From contig QZKR01000084.1 of assembly GCA_003598065.1 (NCBI GenBank), positions 1,365-65,364 on the forward strand: a DNA stretch of 64,000 nucleotides. Direction: 5' to 3'. Origin of the DNA: Myxococcales bacterium (lineage in GTDB: Bacteria > Myxococcota_A > SURF-8). This document shows, piece by piece, positions 10,190 through 21,490 of the stretch. Position numbers and translations under genes: made by a program. Each line of letters begins with the position of its first letter. Position 1 is the first letter of the stretch. A model generated the notes under the pieces. That model saw only the letters and a list, made by a program, of their open reading frames with translations. It had not been told where the DNA came from and did not search any database.

Positions 10190-12301
10190 ATGAGACAATT
10201 TGGTTTTCCGTGGCTTTGGCTGGCGCTGGCGGCGCTTTTCGCATGGTCCTGCGCCTCGACGCGAGACGGCGGGCGGGCCCCGGTTCCGCAACCGGACCGA
10301 ACGGCGGCGGCGTCCGCCTCCGCGCCGCTGATCCCGCGCGACCTGCTCTTCGGAAATCCCGACATCGTCGCCGTGAAGCTCAGCCCCGATGGCCGCTACC
10401 TGTCCTGGGTCGCGCCGAAGGATGGCGTGCTCAATCTCTGGATCGCGCCGGCCGACGACCCGAGCGCGGCGCGAGCCGTCACGGCCGATAAAGGACGCGG
10501 CGTCCGCATCTACCACTGGGCCGAAGACGACCGCCGCCTGCTTTACATTCAAGACGAGGACGGCGACGAGAACTGGCGGTTGTACGCCGTTGACGTCGAG
10601 AGCGGCGCGACTCAGGGCTACACGCCCACCGACAAAGTGCAGGCGCGCATCGTCGCCGTCAGCCCCGAGCGGCCGGGTGAGATCGTCGTCGGCCTCAACG
10701 ACCGCGACGCCCGCTTCCACGATCTTCACCTCCTGAATCTGGCGTCGGGCGAGCGAACCCTGCTGATGCGCAACGACCGTTTCGGCGAATTTCATATCGA
10801 CGATCGATATCGGGTGCGCCTCGCCTCGCTGCCGCGCCCCGACGGCGGCGTCGAAATTCACAAACCGGACGGCGCGGGCGAGTGGAAGCCGTTCGTGGTT
10901 CTCGAACCCGAAGATGCGCTGTCCTCCGGCGTGTTCGGCTTCACCAAGGCCGGCGACAAGGCCTACATGATCAGCAGTCGCGGCCGCAAGGCCGGCGCGC
11001 TGGTGACGCTCGATCTGGAGACGGGGACGGAAGCCGTTCTCGCCGAGGATCCGCAGAGCGACATCGACGACCTGATCCTGCATCCGACGACTTACGAACC
11101 GCTGGCTTACGCCGTCAACCGCGAGCGCGTCCAATGGCGGCCGCTGGACGCGGCGCTGGCGGCCGACCTCGACGCCATCGGCAAGGCCAATCGCGGCGAT
11201 TGGAGCCTCTCCAACATGACGCGCGACGCCAAGCGTTGGATCGTCTATTACCTGCTCGACGACGGACCGGTGAAATATTACCTCTACGATCGAGACGGCC
11301 GCTCGGCGCGTTTCCTCTTCGATCACGTAGCCGCGCTTGGCCGGCAGACGCTGGCGCGCATGTATCCGGTCGCCATCGCCAGCCGCGACGGCCTGCCGCT
11401 GGTCGGCTACTATTCGCTTCCGCCCTGGCGCGACAAGGGCGGCAAGCCGGATGCGCCGCTGCCGCTCGTGCTCTCCGTTCATGGCGGCCCCTGGGGACGC
11501 GATACGTGGGGCTACAACTCCGTCCACCAATGGCTCGCCAACCGGGGCTACGCCGTCCTGTCCGTCAACTTCCGCGGCTCCACGGGCTTCGGCAAGGATT
11601 TCCTGAACGCCGGCGACCGCGAATGGGGCGGCAAGATGCACGACGACCTTTTGGACGCCGTGGACTGGGCCCTGCGCGAGGGCGTCGCCGCCAAGGATCA
11701 GGTCGCCATTTTCGGCGGCAGCTACGGCGGCTACGCCACGCTCGTGGGGATCACGATGACGCCCGACGTTTTCGCCTGCGGCGTGGACATCGTCGGGCCG
11801 TCCAACCTCGTCAGCTTTTTCCAGGGCATCCCCCCCTATTGGGCGACCTTCGCCGAGATCATGGCCAAGCGCGTCGGCGACTGGCGCACCGAGGAGGGAA
11901 AGGCGTTTCTGATGTCGCGCTCGCCGATCACTTACGCCGGCCGGATCAAAAAGCCGCTTTTGATAGGGCACGGCGCGAACGACCCGCGCGTCGTCAAGAC
12001 GGAATCGGACCAGATCGTCGAAACGATGCGCAAGAAAGGTATCCCCGTCACTTATATTCTGTATCCGGATGAGGGCCACGGTTTCGCCCGGCCGGAGAAC
12101 CGCATGTCGTTCTTCGCCGTTTCCGAGGTGTTTCTCGCCGGCTGCCTGGGCGGCCGTTCCGAGCCGTTCGGCGACGTGTTCGCCGGTTCCTCGGCGCGGG
12201 CGCTCGAAGGCGCGTCGCATATTCCCGGGCTCGACGAAGCCATAAAAGCGGAAGCGGCCGCGTCGCCCAAGGTTGGCGACGCCGGACCGCAGGGACCATG
12301 A
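10190..12301 (+). CDS. S9 family (dipeptidyl/acylaminoacyl) peptidase, lipoprotein
   Basis: Signal peptide ending FAWSC; HGGPW, GGSYGG nucleophile, NDPRV and DEGHG. Confidence 0.92.
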   Translation: MRQFGFPWLWLALAALFAWSCASTRDGGRAPVPQPDRTAAASASAPLIPRDLLFGNPDIVAVKLSPDGRYLSWVAPKDGVLNLWIAPADDPSAARAVTADKGRGVRIYHWAEDDRRLLYIQDEDGDENWRLYAVDVESGATQGYTPTDKVQARIVAVSPERPGEIVVGLNDRDARFHDLHLLNLASGERTLLMRNDRFGEFHIDDRYRVRLASLPRPDGGVEIHKPDGAGEWKPFVVLEPEDALSSGVFGFTKAGDKAYMISSRGRKAGALVTLDLETGTEAVLAEDPQSDIDDLILHPTTYEPLAYAVNRERVQWRPLDAALAADLDAIGKANRGDWSLSNMTRDAKRWIVYYLLDDGPVKYYLYDRDGRSARFLFDHVAALGRQTLARMYPVAIASRDGLPLVGYYSLPPWRDKGGKPDAPLPLVLSVHGGPWGRDTWGYNSVHQWLANRGYAVLSVNFRGSTGFGKDFLNAGDREWGGKMHDDLLDAVDWALREGVAAKDQVAIFGGSYGGYATLVGITMTPDVFACGVDIVGPSNLVSFFQGIPPYWATFAEIMAKRVGDWRTEEGKAFLMSRSPITYAGRIKKPLLIGHGANDPRVVKTESDQIVETMRKKGIPVTYILYPDEGHGFARPENRMSFFAVSEVFLAGCLGGRSEPFGDVFAGSSARALEGASHIPGLDEAIKAEAAASPKVGDAGPQGP

Positions 12302-12369
12302 ATCTGAGGGAAACAGAAGCCGGCGCGCCGCAGGGCGGCCGGCCTGTCCCGTTTTGAAAGGAGGATCGC

Positions 12370-13419
<1,050 letters not shown>

Positions 13420-13438
13420 AAAAATGAAAGGTCGGCCG

Positions 13439-13471
13439 TGAACGCCGCCCGCCGGGGCGGCGTTCATTTTT
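13439..13471 (+). terminator. Intrinsic terminator
   Basis: TGAACGCCGCCC-gccg-GGGCGGCGTTCA followed by TTTTT. Confidence 0.8.
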
Positions 13472-13569
13472 ACGGCGACGGGTGGCGCTGGCGAAGCGAA
13501 ACGAAGTGAAGCTTGCCAGTGCTTGAACACGGGCAAGCCTGCGGCTTTGCCCGTGCCACTCTCCTAGGT

Positions 13570-14844
13570 TTACGGCGGCAGAACCTGCACGCTGGCGGCG
13601 AAGCGCCGGCACCAGCGCGCGAAGCTTGGGTAGAAGAGATCGGGGGCGGAGCAGGAGGCGCTCACCAGTCCGTCCGGCGTGGGCGCAAGCCAGATCTCGA
13701 TGCTGTACGGTAACGATTGATCCTTGAGCTGGTAACTAAAATAAATGTGCCGCGCCTGATAGCCGGCAAGCGCCGATTCCTCGTCGTGATGAATCTGAAC
13801 GGTGGTCCGGTCGATCTCCGCCGTCTCGTCGATTTTGCGGTTCAGGTCGTCGATTGCTTTCTCCAGCGTCAGTTGCTTTTCGGGCTCGCGCTCCACGGCG
13901 ATCTGGAAGCCGAGTTCCCGTTCGATATACACCGCGCCGAGTTTGACGGGTGTAGTCTCGTCGCGCAGCAGCGGGCCTGGGATTTCGGCGGCGAGCCGCG
14001 CGGCGGGATCGGCGTATTCCTGCCAGAATTTCGGCGGCGGAAGCGATTCGTCGATGAACAGGTTGTTGAGCATGGCGACGATGGTGAAGACGAACAGCCC
14101 CACGACGCCCGCCGCGCCGGCCGTCACGGCGGCGCGGATCGGCCAGGGAGAGACGGCGGGCGTCCGGCCGATGCGCGCCTGCATGGCCATAGCGACGAGC
14201 GTTCCGGCCGCGAGCCCGCCGCCGTGGGCGTAGTTGTCGATGCCGTCAATCATGAGACCGAGCGCCAGATTGAGCACGATCCAGGGCAGAAGGCCGCGTC
14301 CGAAAAAACGCCGGAAGGCGGGCGGGATGTCGAGCCGATGTTTGTAGCCGACCACCGCGCCGGCGCCCAACAGTCCGAAGATCGCCCCCGACGCGCCCAC
14401 CGACATCTGCGGCGTGGCGGCGTAGCTGGCGAAGATGCTGGCGACGCCGGAGACGGCGAAGAGGATGAGGAAACGTCTCCGGCCGTAAAGATTTTCGATC
14501 ATCCGGCCGAGGATGTAGAGGGCGTAGCCGTTGAAAAGAATGTGGAGGATGCCGAAGTGGAGGAAGATCGGCGAGACCAGCCGCCACCATTGGCCGTGGG
14601 CGATGAAATAGTTGATCTTTGCGCCCAGGCGGATCAGCGTATGCGGATCGTCCTGCACGCCCATGCCGAAGGAGAGCAGCCAGAAAGACAGGATCGCCGC
14701 AAGCAGAACGCTCGTGACGGCCGGTTTTTTCTGGAGTTGCTCGTAGAAACGGCGCGTATCCTCGATGAGCCGCACCTGCTCCGGAGTGAGAACGACCTCT
14801 GACGGCCGCGCCGATTGCGGTCGGACAAAGGAGAATGGCTTCAT
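13570..14844 (-). CDS. Rhomboid intramembrane serine protease with soluble C-terminal domain
   Basis: WWRLVSPIFLH, HILFN, GASGAIFG and AHGGG; about 150-aa extra C-terminal domain. Confidence 0.9.
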   Translation of the reverse strand: MKPFSFVRPQSARPSEVVLTPEQVRLIEDTRRFYEQLQKKPAVTSVLLAAILSFWLLSFGMGVQDDPHTLIRLGAKINYFIAHGQWWRLVSPIFLHFGILHILFNGYALYILGRMIENLYGRRRFLILFAVSGVASIFASYAATPQMSVGASGAIFGLLGAGAVVGYKHRLDIPPAFRRFFGRGLLPWIVLNLALGLMIDGIDNYAHGGGLAAGTLVAMAMQARIGRTPAVSPWPIRAAVTAGAAGVVGLFVFTIVAMLNNLFIDESLPPPKFWQEYADPAARLAAEIPGPLLRDETTPVKLGAVYIERELGFQIAVEREPEKQLTLEKAIDDLNRKIDETAEIDRTTVQIHHDEESALAGYQARHIYFSYQLKDQSLPYSIEIWLAPTPDGLVSASCSAPDLFYPSFARWCRRFAASVQVLPP

Positions 14845-14924
14845 GCGCAGCGCTTTCTAAAGCGGCGCGCCGCCCCGAAGGCCGAGGCGGCGCGCGCTGG
14901 CAAACGAGGAAAAGTCACAACGGT

Positions 14925-17900
14925 CTATTCGCGGCAGGCGCAACTGCCTCCGCTGCAGACGAAGTCCGCGCCGAACATCTCGACGCACTCGATGTTCGTG
15001 CTGCAGTAGCGCGTGCAGTAACGCTGGAACAGCGGCCACCAGGGACCGGTGCAGTAAGCGCCGTCCCCGTAGGTGCTGGTGCAGTTCTGATCGGTGAAGC
15101 AGCTTCCGTAGTTGCATTGCGGCGGCGGCGACGCTTCGCAGATGCAAAAGCCTTCTTCGCAGAAGGATGGCGACGGACAGTCTTCCGGCTGGTTGCAGAA
15201 GTTCGTGCAGATCGGTTCGTCCTGCCAGGGCACGGGCGCGCACTCCTTCCAGCCCTCTTCCCAGCAGATGTCCGGTATCTCGCAGGTGCTTTGCGTGCAG
15301 CGGTCGGGCGGCAGGTCCTCGCACACGCAGCTTTCGCGCAGGCAACGATAGCCGTCGGGGCAGGGATAGGAGCTGTCGCAGAAGCGCGAGCATTCCTTCA
15401 CGCCGTCCGAGCCGTAGACGTCGGCGCAGTTCGGCAGGTCGTCGGTGCATTGCACGCTTGACGAGCACGTGACGGGGCACTCGGGCGGCTGCGGCGGGCA
15501 GTCGCACCGGCCGTCCACGCAGGACCACGGACTCGGGCAATCGGCGCCGGTGACGCAATCATCGGTGCAGACTCCTTCTGCGGAACAGGCGAGACCGAAA
15601 CCCGTGCAGTTGGCGTTGTTCTGACAGCCGACGACCAGACAGGCGTTGGGTGAGTACGGCGTCGGATCGCAGGCGTTGCCTACGCCGTCGCCGTCGGAGT
15701 CTGTCTGCGAGGCGTTGGCGGCGTACGCGCAGTTGTCGCAGACGTCGCCGAGCGAGTCCGTATCGCTGTTGGTCTGCGAGGGATTGTAGACGAACGGGCA
15801 GTTGTCGCGATCGTCCATGATGCCGTCGTAGTCGCTGTCTTTCGGCTGATCGGAGTCGGGATCGGTATCCACGTCACCGTCCGCCGGCACGCAGTTGAGC
15901 GCCTGATTGCAGGCGGCCGTCGTCAGACAGGCCAGATCGTCGCCGAGCAGACCGACCTCGCAAAGCCCCAAACAGTCGCCGAAGTCGGCGCCGAAAGGCG
16001 AATTCGGCCCGAACAGGCCGCACTGGGCGATGTGGCCGCAGGCCGATTCGCAGGAGTAGACGACGTTTTCATCCGTATCGAAGTCGAAATCGACGATGTC
16101 GATGTCGCCATCGACCTGACCCGTGCAGTGACCGCCGATGCAAACGGAATACGGCGTGGAGGGGTTGCCGTCGTCGCAGGGCGTCCCGTCGCGCAAGGCC
16201 GCGTTGACGCAGCCCTGCGGGTCGGCGCAGCGGTTGTCGGTGCAGGGATTGCCGTCGTCGCAGTTGAGCGCCGCGCCCAGGCAGCGGCCCTGTTCGCAGA
16301 CGTCGCCGACGGTGCAGACGGAGTTGTCGGCGCAGGGCGCGCCGGACAGCGGTTTGCTGACGCACAGGTTGGCGGCGTAGTCGCAGCTGTCCGCCGTGCA
16401 GGCGTTGCTGTCGTTGCAGAGACGCTCGTCGCCGATGCACTCGCCGCCCAGGCACATGTCGCCTTCCGTGCAGAACATTCCGTCATCGCAAGGCGCGCCG
16501 TCGGGCGAAGGCGAATAAACGCAGCCCTGCCCCTCGACGCAACGGCCCGTCATGCAGGGCCCGTCCTGGTTGCAGGCAACGGGCTGACCGCGGCACATCC
16601 CGCCGCGGCAGATGTCGTACTGCGTGCAGAACGAGCCATCATCGCAAGGCTCGCCGTCGATAGGCTGGCTCAGGCATGCTCCGGTGGCGGGATCGCAATA
16701 TTCCTTCGTGCAAACATTGCCGTCGTCGCAGATCGCCTGCTGGCCCACGCAATAGCCCTGCCGGCAGAAATCGCCGTAGGTGCAGTTGTCGCCATCGTTG
16801 CAGGGCGTCCCGTAAGGCATGGACTCATGATAGCAGCGGCCGACAGCATCGACGGTGTCGCGCGTGCAGGGATTGCCGTCGTCGCAATACGCCTCGGGAT
16901 CCGAATCGATTTCGTCCACGTCTCCGTCCGGCGTGTTGAAGCAGTCCAGCAGAAGATCGCACGGCGCGGTGGAGAAGCACGCCAGTTCCGCCGGCGTGAG
17001 GTTGTAGCCGGCGCAATAGCTGATGCATTCGTAGATTGTCGAGCCGATCGGCGAACCGGGATAAACGTAGCCGCAGTCGTAGGCGTGCGAGCAGGACGTG
17101 CTGCAGGTGTAACTGGATTCCTGATCGAAATCGGCGTCGATGTCGCCGTCGGCCGAATTGACGAAGTAGGAAATCGTCGCCCGGTCGTCGTAGCCCAGCG
17201 GGCTGGTCGAGTAAACGTCGATGACCTCGGAGCGGATCTGCCAGGAACCCGGTTCGGTGGGCGTCCAGGCGGCCACCGGCTGGCCGGGATAAGGCAGAAT
17301 GACCCTCCAGCGACCGGAGGGCGAACGCGTCGAGACCTGATACTGGATGGTATTGGCGCTCACGGCATAGGTGCTGAGGAACACCTGCTGGCCGACGAAT
17401 CCCGGCGGCGACGGCTGCGCGGTGAAGGAGATGATGCGCGCCTGGGGCGAGTCGATGTCCGCCTCGTCGCGGTCGAAACCGTCGAAATCCGGCTCGCGGT
17501 CCGGCTCCCGATCCGGCTCGCGGTCGAAATCGATGTCGCCGTCAACGAAGTCGAAGCAATCCGGCAAAAGCTCGCAGGGCGCGGTGGAGAAACACGCCAA
17601 CTGCTGCGGAGTCAGATTGTAACTGTTGCACAATTCCACGCATTCGCGGATCGACGAGCCGTAGGACGAACCGGGGTAGATGTAGCCGCAATCGGCGCCG
17701 TGCCGGCAGGAAGAGTAGCAGTCGTAGATCTGATCCGTATCGTTGTCGAAGTCGAAATCGACGTCGCCGTCCACTTCCGGCAGAACGTGATGGCGCACCG
17801 CGGCTTCAGCGTCGAAACCGTTCGGATTGCGCGACTCGGGGTGAACGACGCGCACGCGGTAGGTGTACCAGCCCGGCGAGCCCGGCTGGCTTTGGAACGT

Positions 17901-18464
17901 GTTGTACACCGAGTAATCGTGAATCCGGAACCATCCCGAATCGTCGGTGCGGAAGTCGAACTGATACAGCGGCTGAATACCGTCCTCGGTGAAGGCGTCG
18001 GCGAAGCCATACAGCCACTGGCCGACCGGCGTGGGGTAGCTTGGATCCACCAGGAAACCGATCAGCTTCGCCGTCGGCCAGTCCACCTCCCCGTCGAAGT
18101 TTTCGTCGATGTCGGCGACGTCCTCGTCCGCCTCGGCGTTGTCGTTGTCGATGTTGTCGCGATCTTCCTCGCTCCCGTCTCCGTCCTCGGCGTCGCCTTC
18201 TTCATCGTCTCCGTCGATGAGACCGTCCTCGTCCGCGCCGTCGCCGTCTTCCGATCCGTCGCCGTCGGGGCTCGCATCGATGTCGGCGTCGATGCCCGGT
18301 CCGGGAACGCAGGCGTACGTGTCGTTGCAAAACCAGCCGGCCGGGCATTGCGCGTCGATCAGACATTCTCCGGGAACGCTCACGGACGGCGGTCCTTGAC
18401 AGCCCGCCGCGGTGAAGGCCAGCGCCACCGCCAATACCGCCCATTTGGCAAGATTCATCGACAT
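14925..18464 (-). CDS. Large Cys-rich multi-repeat lipoprotein
   Basis: Lipobox AAGC; DGDxD linkers; two Ig-like repeats; three 6-Cys modules; CDDGNPCT repeats; thrombospondin type-3-like DNCP repeats. Confidence 0.85.
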   Translation of the reverse strand: MSMNLAKWAVLAVALAFTAAGCQGPPSVSVPGECLIDAQCPAGWFCNDTYACVPGPGIDADIDASPDGDGSEDGDGADEDGLIDGDDEEGDAEDGDGSEEDRDNIDNDNAEADEDVADIDENFDGEVDWPTAKLIGFLVDPSYPTPVGQWLYGFADAFTEDGIQPLYQFDFRTDDSGWFRIHDYSVYNTFQSQPGSPGWYTYRVRVVHPESRNPNGFDAEAAVRHHVLPEVDGDVDFDFDNDTDQIYDCYSSCRHGADCGYIYPGSSYGSSIRECVELCNSYNLTPQQLACFSTAPCELLPDCFDFVDGDIDFDREPDREPDREPDFDGFDRDEADIDSPQARIISFTAQPSPPGFVGQQVFLSTYAVSANTIQYQVSTRSPSGRWRVILPYPGQPVAAWTPTEPGSWQIRSEVIDVYSTSPLGYDDRATISYFVNSADGDIDADFDQESSYTCSTSCSHAYDCGYVYPGSPIGSTIYECISYCAGYNLTPAELACFSTAPCDLLLDCFNTPDGDVDEIDSDPEAYCDDGNPCTRDTVDAVGRCYHESMPYGTPCNDGDNCTYGDFCRQGYCVGQQAICDDGNVCTKEYCDPATGACLSQPIDGEPCDDGSFCTQYDICRGGMCRGQPVACNQDGPCMTGRCVEGQGCVYSPSPDGAPCDDGMFCTEGDMCLGGECIGDERLCNDSNACTADSCDYAANLCVSKPLSGAPCADNSVCTVGDVCEQGRCLGAALNCDDGNPCTDNRCADPQGCVNAALRDGTPCDDGNPSTPYSVCIGGHCTGQVDGDIDIVDFDFDTDENVVYSCESACGHIAQCGLFGPNSPFGADFGDCLGLCEVGLLGDDLACLTTAACNQALNCVPADGDVDTDPDSDQPKDSDYDGIMDDRDNCPFVYNPSQTNSDTDSLGDVCDNCAYAANASQTDSDGDGVGNACDPTPYSPNACLVVGCQNNANCTGFGLACSAEGVCTDDCVTGADCPSPWSCVDGRCDCPPQPPECPVTCSSSVQCTDDLPNCADVYGSDGVKECSRFCDSSYPCPDGYRCLRESCVCEDLPPDRCTQSTCEIPDICWEEGWKECAPVPWQDEPICTNFCNQPEDCPSPSFCEEGFCICEASPPPQCNYGSCFTDQNCTSTYGDGAYCTGPWWPLFQRYCTRYCSTNIECVEMFGADFVCSGGSCACRE

Positions 18465-18520
18465 GACTGCTCTCCTAATACAGTGAATGGCGCGGGCCGT
18501 GGCGTCGCCGCGCCGTGGAA

Positions 18521-20086
18521 TCAGACTGTGAGTTCAAGACGCAGCTGTTTCTTGCCCACCAGTATGACGTCTTTTTCCGTCAGCACCCGTTCCGCGACCT
18601 GGACGAAGGTGCCGTTCGAGGAGCCCAGGTCCGTCAGGAAGCATTGCCCGTTGCGGAAGGCAAGCTTGGCGTGCGCGCCGGATACGAAGCCGTCGTCGGG
18701 AAAAGTGATGTCGCCCCGGTCGCGGCCGATGGCCAGGATGGGTTTGGCAAGCGGGATGTTTTCGGCCACTCTGCCGTTGGTGTTGATGCGAGACAGTTTG
18801 CCCCAGAGTTCGCCCGCCGGGCTGCCCAACGCTTTCGTGCCGTTCTCGGGGTTGGGCAGGGGAAGCGGCTCGAAATCCGCAAGCGCCACGTATTGCAGAA
18901 GCTGCTGCCCCACGCGAAGCATCGTTCGCGACGCGAGGGGCGTCTCGCCCTTCACCTTCAGGTAGACGCCGTTGAGGCTGCTTTTGTCGCGCAGGAGCAT
19001 CTTGCCGCTTTCGAAGACGAACGCGCAATGGAGGGGCGAGACGAACACGTCGTCCAGAAGGATGCTGCCGCCGGTGCGCCCGCAGAGATTTTCGCCTTTC
19101 ATCAAATTGAAAATGCGGCCTTCCTTGCCGGTCGATTCGAGGACCACCAATCGTCCCACGAGTTGCGACTCCAACGGGTCCTCGGTGGAGACGTGCATGA
19201 ACATCGTCCGGCCGGTGTCCGGGTCGGGTTCGTCATCCGTTGACACGCCGCAGGTGGAGCAGAAGCGGTCGCCGGGGGTAAGCGGCGCGCCGCACTTGTG
19301 ACAACGCACGTCCGCTTCCTGGGTGAGATCGATGCCGAAACGCGGCGAGATGGGCGGAGTCTTCTGCGCTCCCGGCTCGTCCTCCAGCGGGACAAGCAGG
19401 GAATCGACGCCGCTTTCCTCGACGGCCGGCGGCTCGACCGTTTTGAACGTCGCCCCCGGGGCTTTCATCGCCGCCTGGGCCAGACTGGAGGCGTCGAGTC
19501 CCGGCGGCGGCGCGGAAGCGCCGACGGCGCCCGTCGGCATGTCCAGATCGACCATCAGATCCAGTTCGTCAAGGCTTTCCACCAATTGGACGGTCTCCGG
19601 CTCCAGGGTCGTCGCCGGCTCTTTTTCAAGCTTGAAGCCTCCCTTCAAACCCGAGGGAGCAAGGGGTTCTTCGAACAAAGGCGGCATCGGCGCCCGTTCG
19701 TCGATCGGCGCATCGAACGGTTTTTCCGTGTCGGCGTCGCCATCGACGAGGTCGTCGGGCGACAACTCCAGCACCATATCTCCCGGTCTGAGCGGCGCGG
19801 CTTCGGAAAACGGCGCGGGCGCTTCACCGCTGGGCGAGGACGGCTTCGATTCCTCCAGTTGGATCGCCCGGCCCTGCGGCCCCGATTGGAGGACATGCGT
19901 TGGGGGGGTCTCCTTCATCCCCGCCTCTTTCCGGGCCTGGCGCGCCTCGGGGGAAGTCGAGGAGAGGTCGATCAGGAATTCGGACTCGGCCGAGTGCGAT
20001 GTTTCAGGCCGCAATTCCGCGCCGCAATCCAAGCAATAATTGAAATTCTCGGGATTCAGCTTGCCGCACTGGGGGCATGTAATCAT
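18521..20086 (-). CDS. Zinc-ribbon / double FHA domain protein
   Basis: CPQC..CLDC and CHKC..CSTC ribbons; two FHA domains (CGR..VSPLH..SLNG and IGR..VSGAH..SSNGT). Confidence 0.88.
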   Translation of the reverse strand: MITCPQCGKLNPENFNYCLDCGAELRPETSHSAESEFLIDLSSTSPEARQARKEAGMKETPPTHVLQSGPQGRAIQLEESKPSSPSGEAPAPFSEAAPLRPGDMVLELSPDDLVDGDADTEKPFDAPIDERAPMPPLFEEPLAPSGLKGGFKLEKEPATTLEPETVQLVESLDELDLMVDLDMPTGAVGASAPPPGLDASSLAQAAMKAPGATFKTVEPPAVEESGVDSLLVPLEDEPGAQKTPPISPRFGIDLTQEADVRCHKCGAPLTPGDRFCSTCGVSTDDEPDPDTGRTMFMHVSTEDPLESQLVGRLVVLESTGKEGRIFNLMKGENLCGRTGGSILLDDVFVSPLHCAFVFESGKMLLRDKSSLNGVYLKVKGETPLASRTMLRVGQQLLQYVALADFEPLPLPNPENGTKALGSPAGELWGKLSRINTNGRVAENIPLAKPILAIGRDRGDITFPDDGFVSGAHAKLAFRNGQCFLTDLGSSNGTFVQVAERVLTEKDVILVGKKQLRLELTV

Positions 20087-20385
20087 GACGGCCCTCACCC
20101 GTTCGCCAGAGATTGCCTGCTCGCGCACTCATGATGCTAGCACCGGCGGGTGGCAAACGCAAGGCCTCTTGGCTTCTGGATATTTCGATTCGGAAGGATG
20201 GAACCGAAAAGGATCCCCCCGCCGGAATCGAAGCGCCCGGCGACGTCGGGAAGGGCCGGCAGGTCGGCCGCCGACCGGCAAGAAATCCAGGTCGGCTGAA
20301 GATCGCGGAGATGATGAGAATCTATAGGAATTATCTCCAAACGGGGCTTGTGGTCCGCAAGGAAAGCCGCTAGAGTGGCCGCGCC

Positions 20386-21288
20386 ATGAATCGCGACGTC
20401 ATCCGCCTCACCGCCCCCCATCTTCCGCGCCCCACGCGCCTGGACCGCGTGCTGGCGGAGGCCTTTCCCGCCTGGCCAAGGCGCGAAATCCAGACGCTCG
20501 TCAACGCCAAGCGCGTTCGCGTCAACGGGCGGGTCGTCTGGCTTTGCTCCTGGCTGGTGTCAACGGGCGACAAGATCGAGATCGCCGGCCGGCCGAAACG
20601 CGAAAAACCGGCCGCTCTTGCCTTTGACCGCTCCTGGGTGATCCGCGAGGAGGCCGATCTGATCGCCGTAGCCAAGCCGGAAGGACTGCTGTCGCACGCG
20701 ACGCGCGCCGAGCGGGAGCGCAACCTCTTGACGATGATGATCGCCGCCTACGGCCATCTTTCCCTCTTTCACCGTCTCGACCGGGACACCTCGGGCGTGG
20801 TGCTGTTCACGCGCAGCATCGACACCAACCGCTATCTTGACACGGCGTTCAAGGAAGGGACCGTCGAGAAAGACTACCTCGCCGCCGTCGCCGCTCCGCA
20901 CGAACTCGCCTCGGAAGGCGTCATTCGCGCTCCGATCGGCGTCGATCCGCGCCGGCGCGAACGGATGCGCGTCGATGCCCACGCCGGCAAGCAGGCCCTG
21001 ACGCGCTACGCCGTGCTCGGCGAAGCCGAAGGCATGGCGCTTGTCCGTCTCCGGCCCGAGACGGGCCGCACGCATCAGCTGCGCGTGCATCTGGCGCATT
21101 TCGGCGCGCCGATTCTGGGCGATGTTCTTTACGGCCCGACGCCGCCCGCCGCGCCGCGCCTGCTCTTGCACGCCTGGCGGATCGGCTTGCCGGCGCTGGA
21201 CGGCTTCCCCGAGCGCCGCTATGCCGCCCCCCCGCCCGAAAGCTTTCTCTCCCTGTTGCCGAAAGCGTTGCGCGCGCTGCTGCGCTAG
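20386..21288 (+). CDS. RluA family pseudouridine synthase with S4 domain
   Basis: RLDRVLA, KPEG, HRLDRDTSG and TGRTHQLRVH. Confidence 0.93.
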   Translation: MNRDVIRLTAPHLPRPTRLDRVLAEAFPAWPRREIQTLVNAKRVRVNGRVVWLCSWLVSTGDKIEIAGRPKREKPAALAFDRSWVIREEADLIAVAKPEGLLSHATRAERERNLLTMMIAAYGHLSLFHRLDRDTSGVVLFTRSIDTNRYLDTAFKEGTVEKDYLAAVAAPHELASEGVIRAPIGVDPRRRERMRVDAHAGKQALTRYAVLGEAEGMALVRLRPETGRTHQLRVHLAHFGAPILGDVLYGPTPPAAPRLLLHAWRIGLPALDGFPERRYAAPPPESFLSLLPKALRALLR

Positions 21289-21490
21289 CTCCGGCCCCGC
21301 CGCCCGAAATCCGGCCGGATTTCGGGTGCAGGCGTCGCCTGGGCCGCCGCTTGAAGACAATCGGCGGCCGCGGGGCCGGCGGGGCGTTCGCGGCGTTGAC
21401 GGTAAGATCAAAATCGCTATACTCGTTCCGCCGCTTCCAACCGGTCGGAAGCCGCAACGAACAATCGTGGACTAGCCAAGGAGAACGTGC

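Noticed and set aside
16032-18965. Long antisense or alternative-frame ORFs (977 aa here; also 10100-12220, 23340-25502, 29414-31660, 41513-43291)
   Set aside because: Shadow ORFs of real genes in high-GC DNA; no motifs, and the overlapping frame carries a clear family signature.
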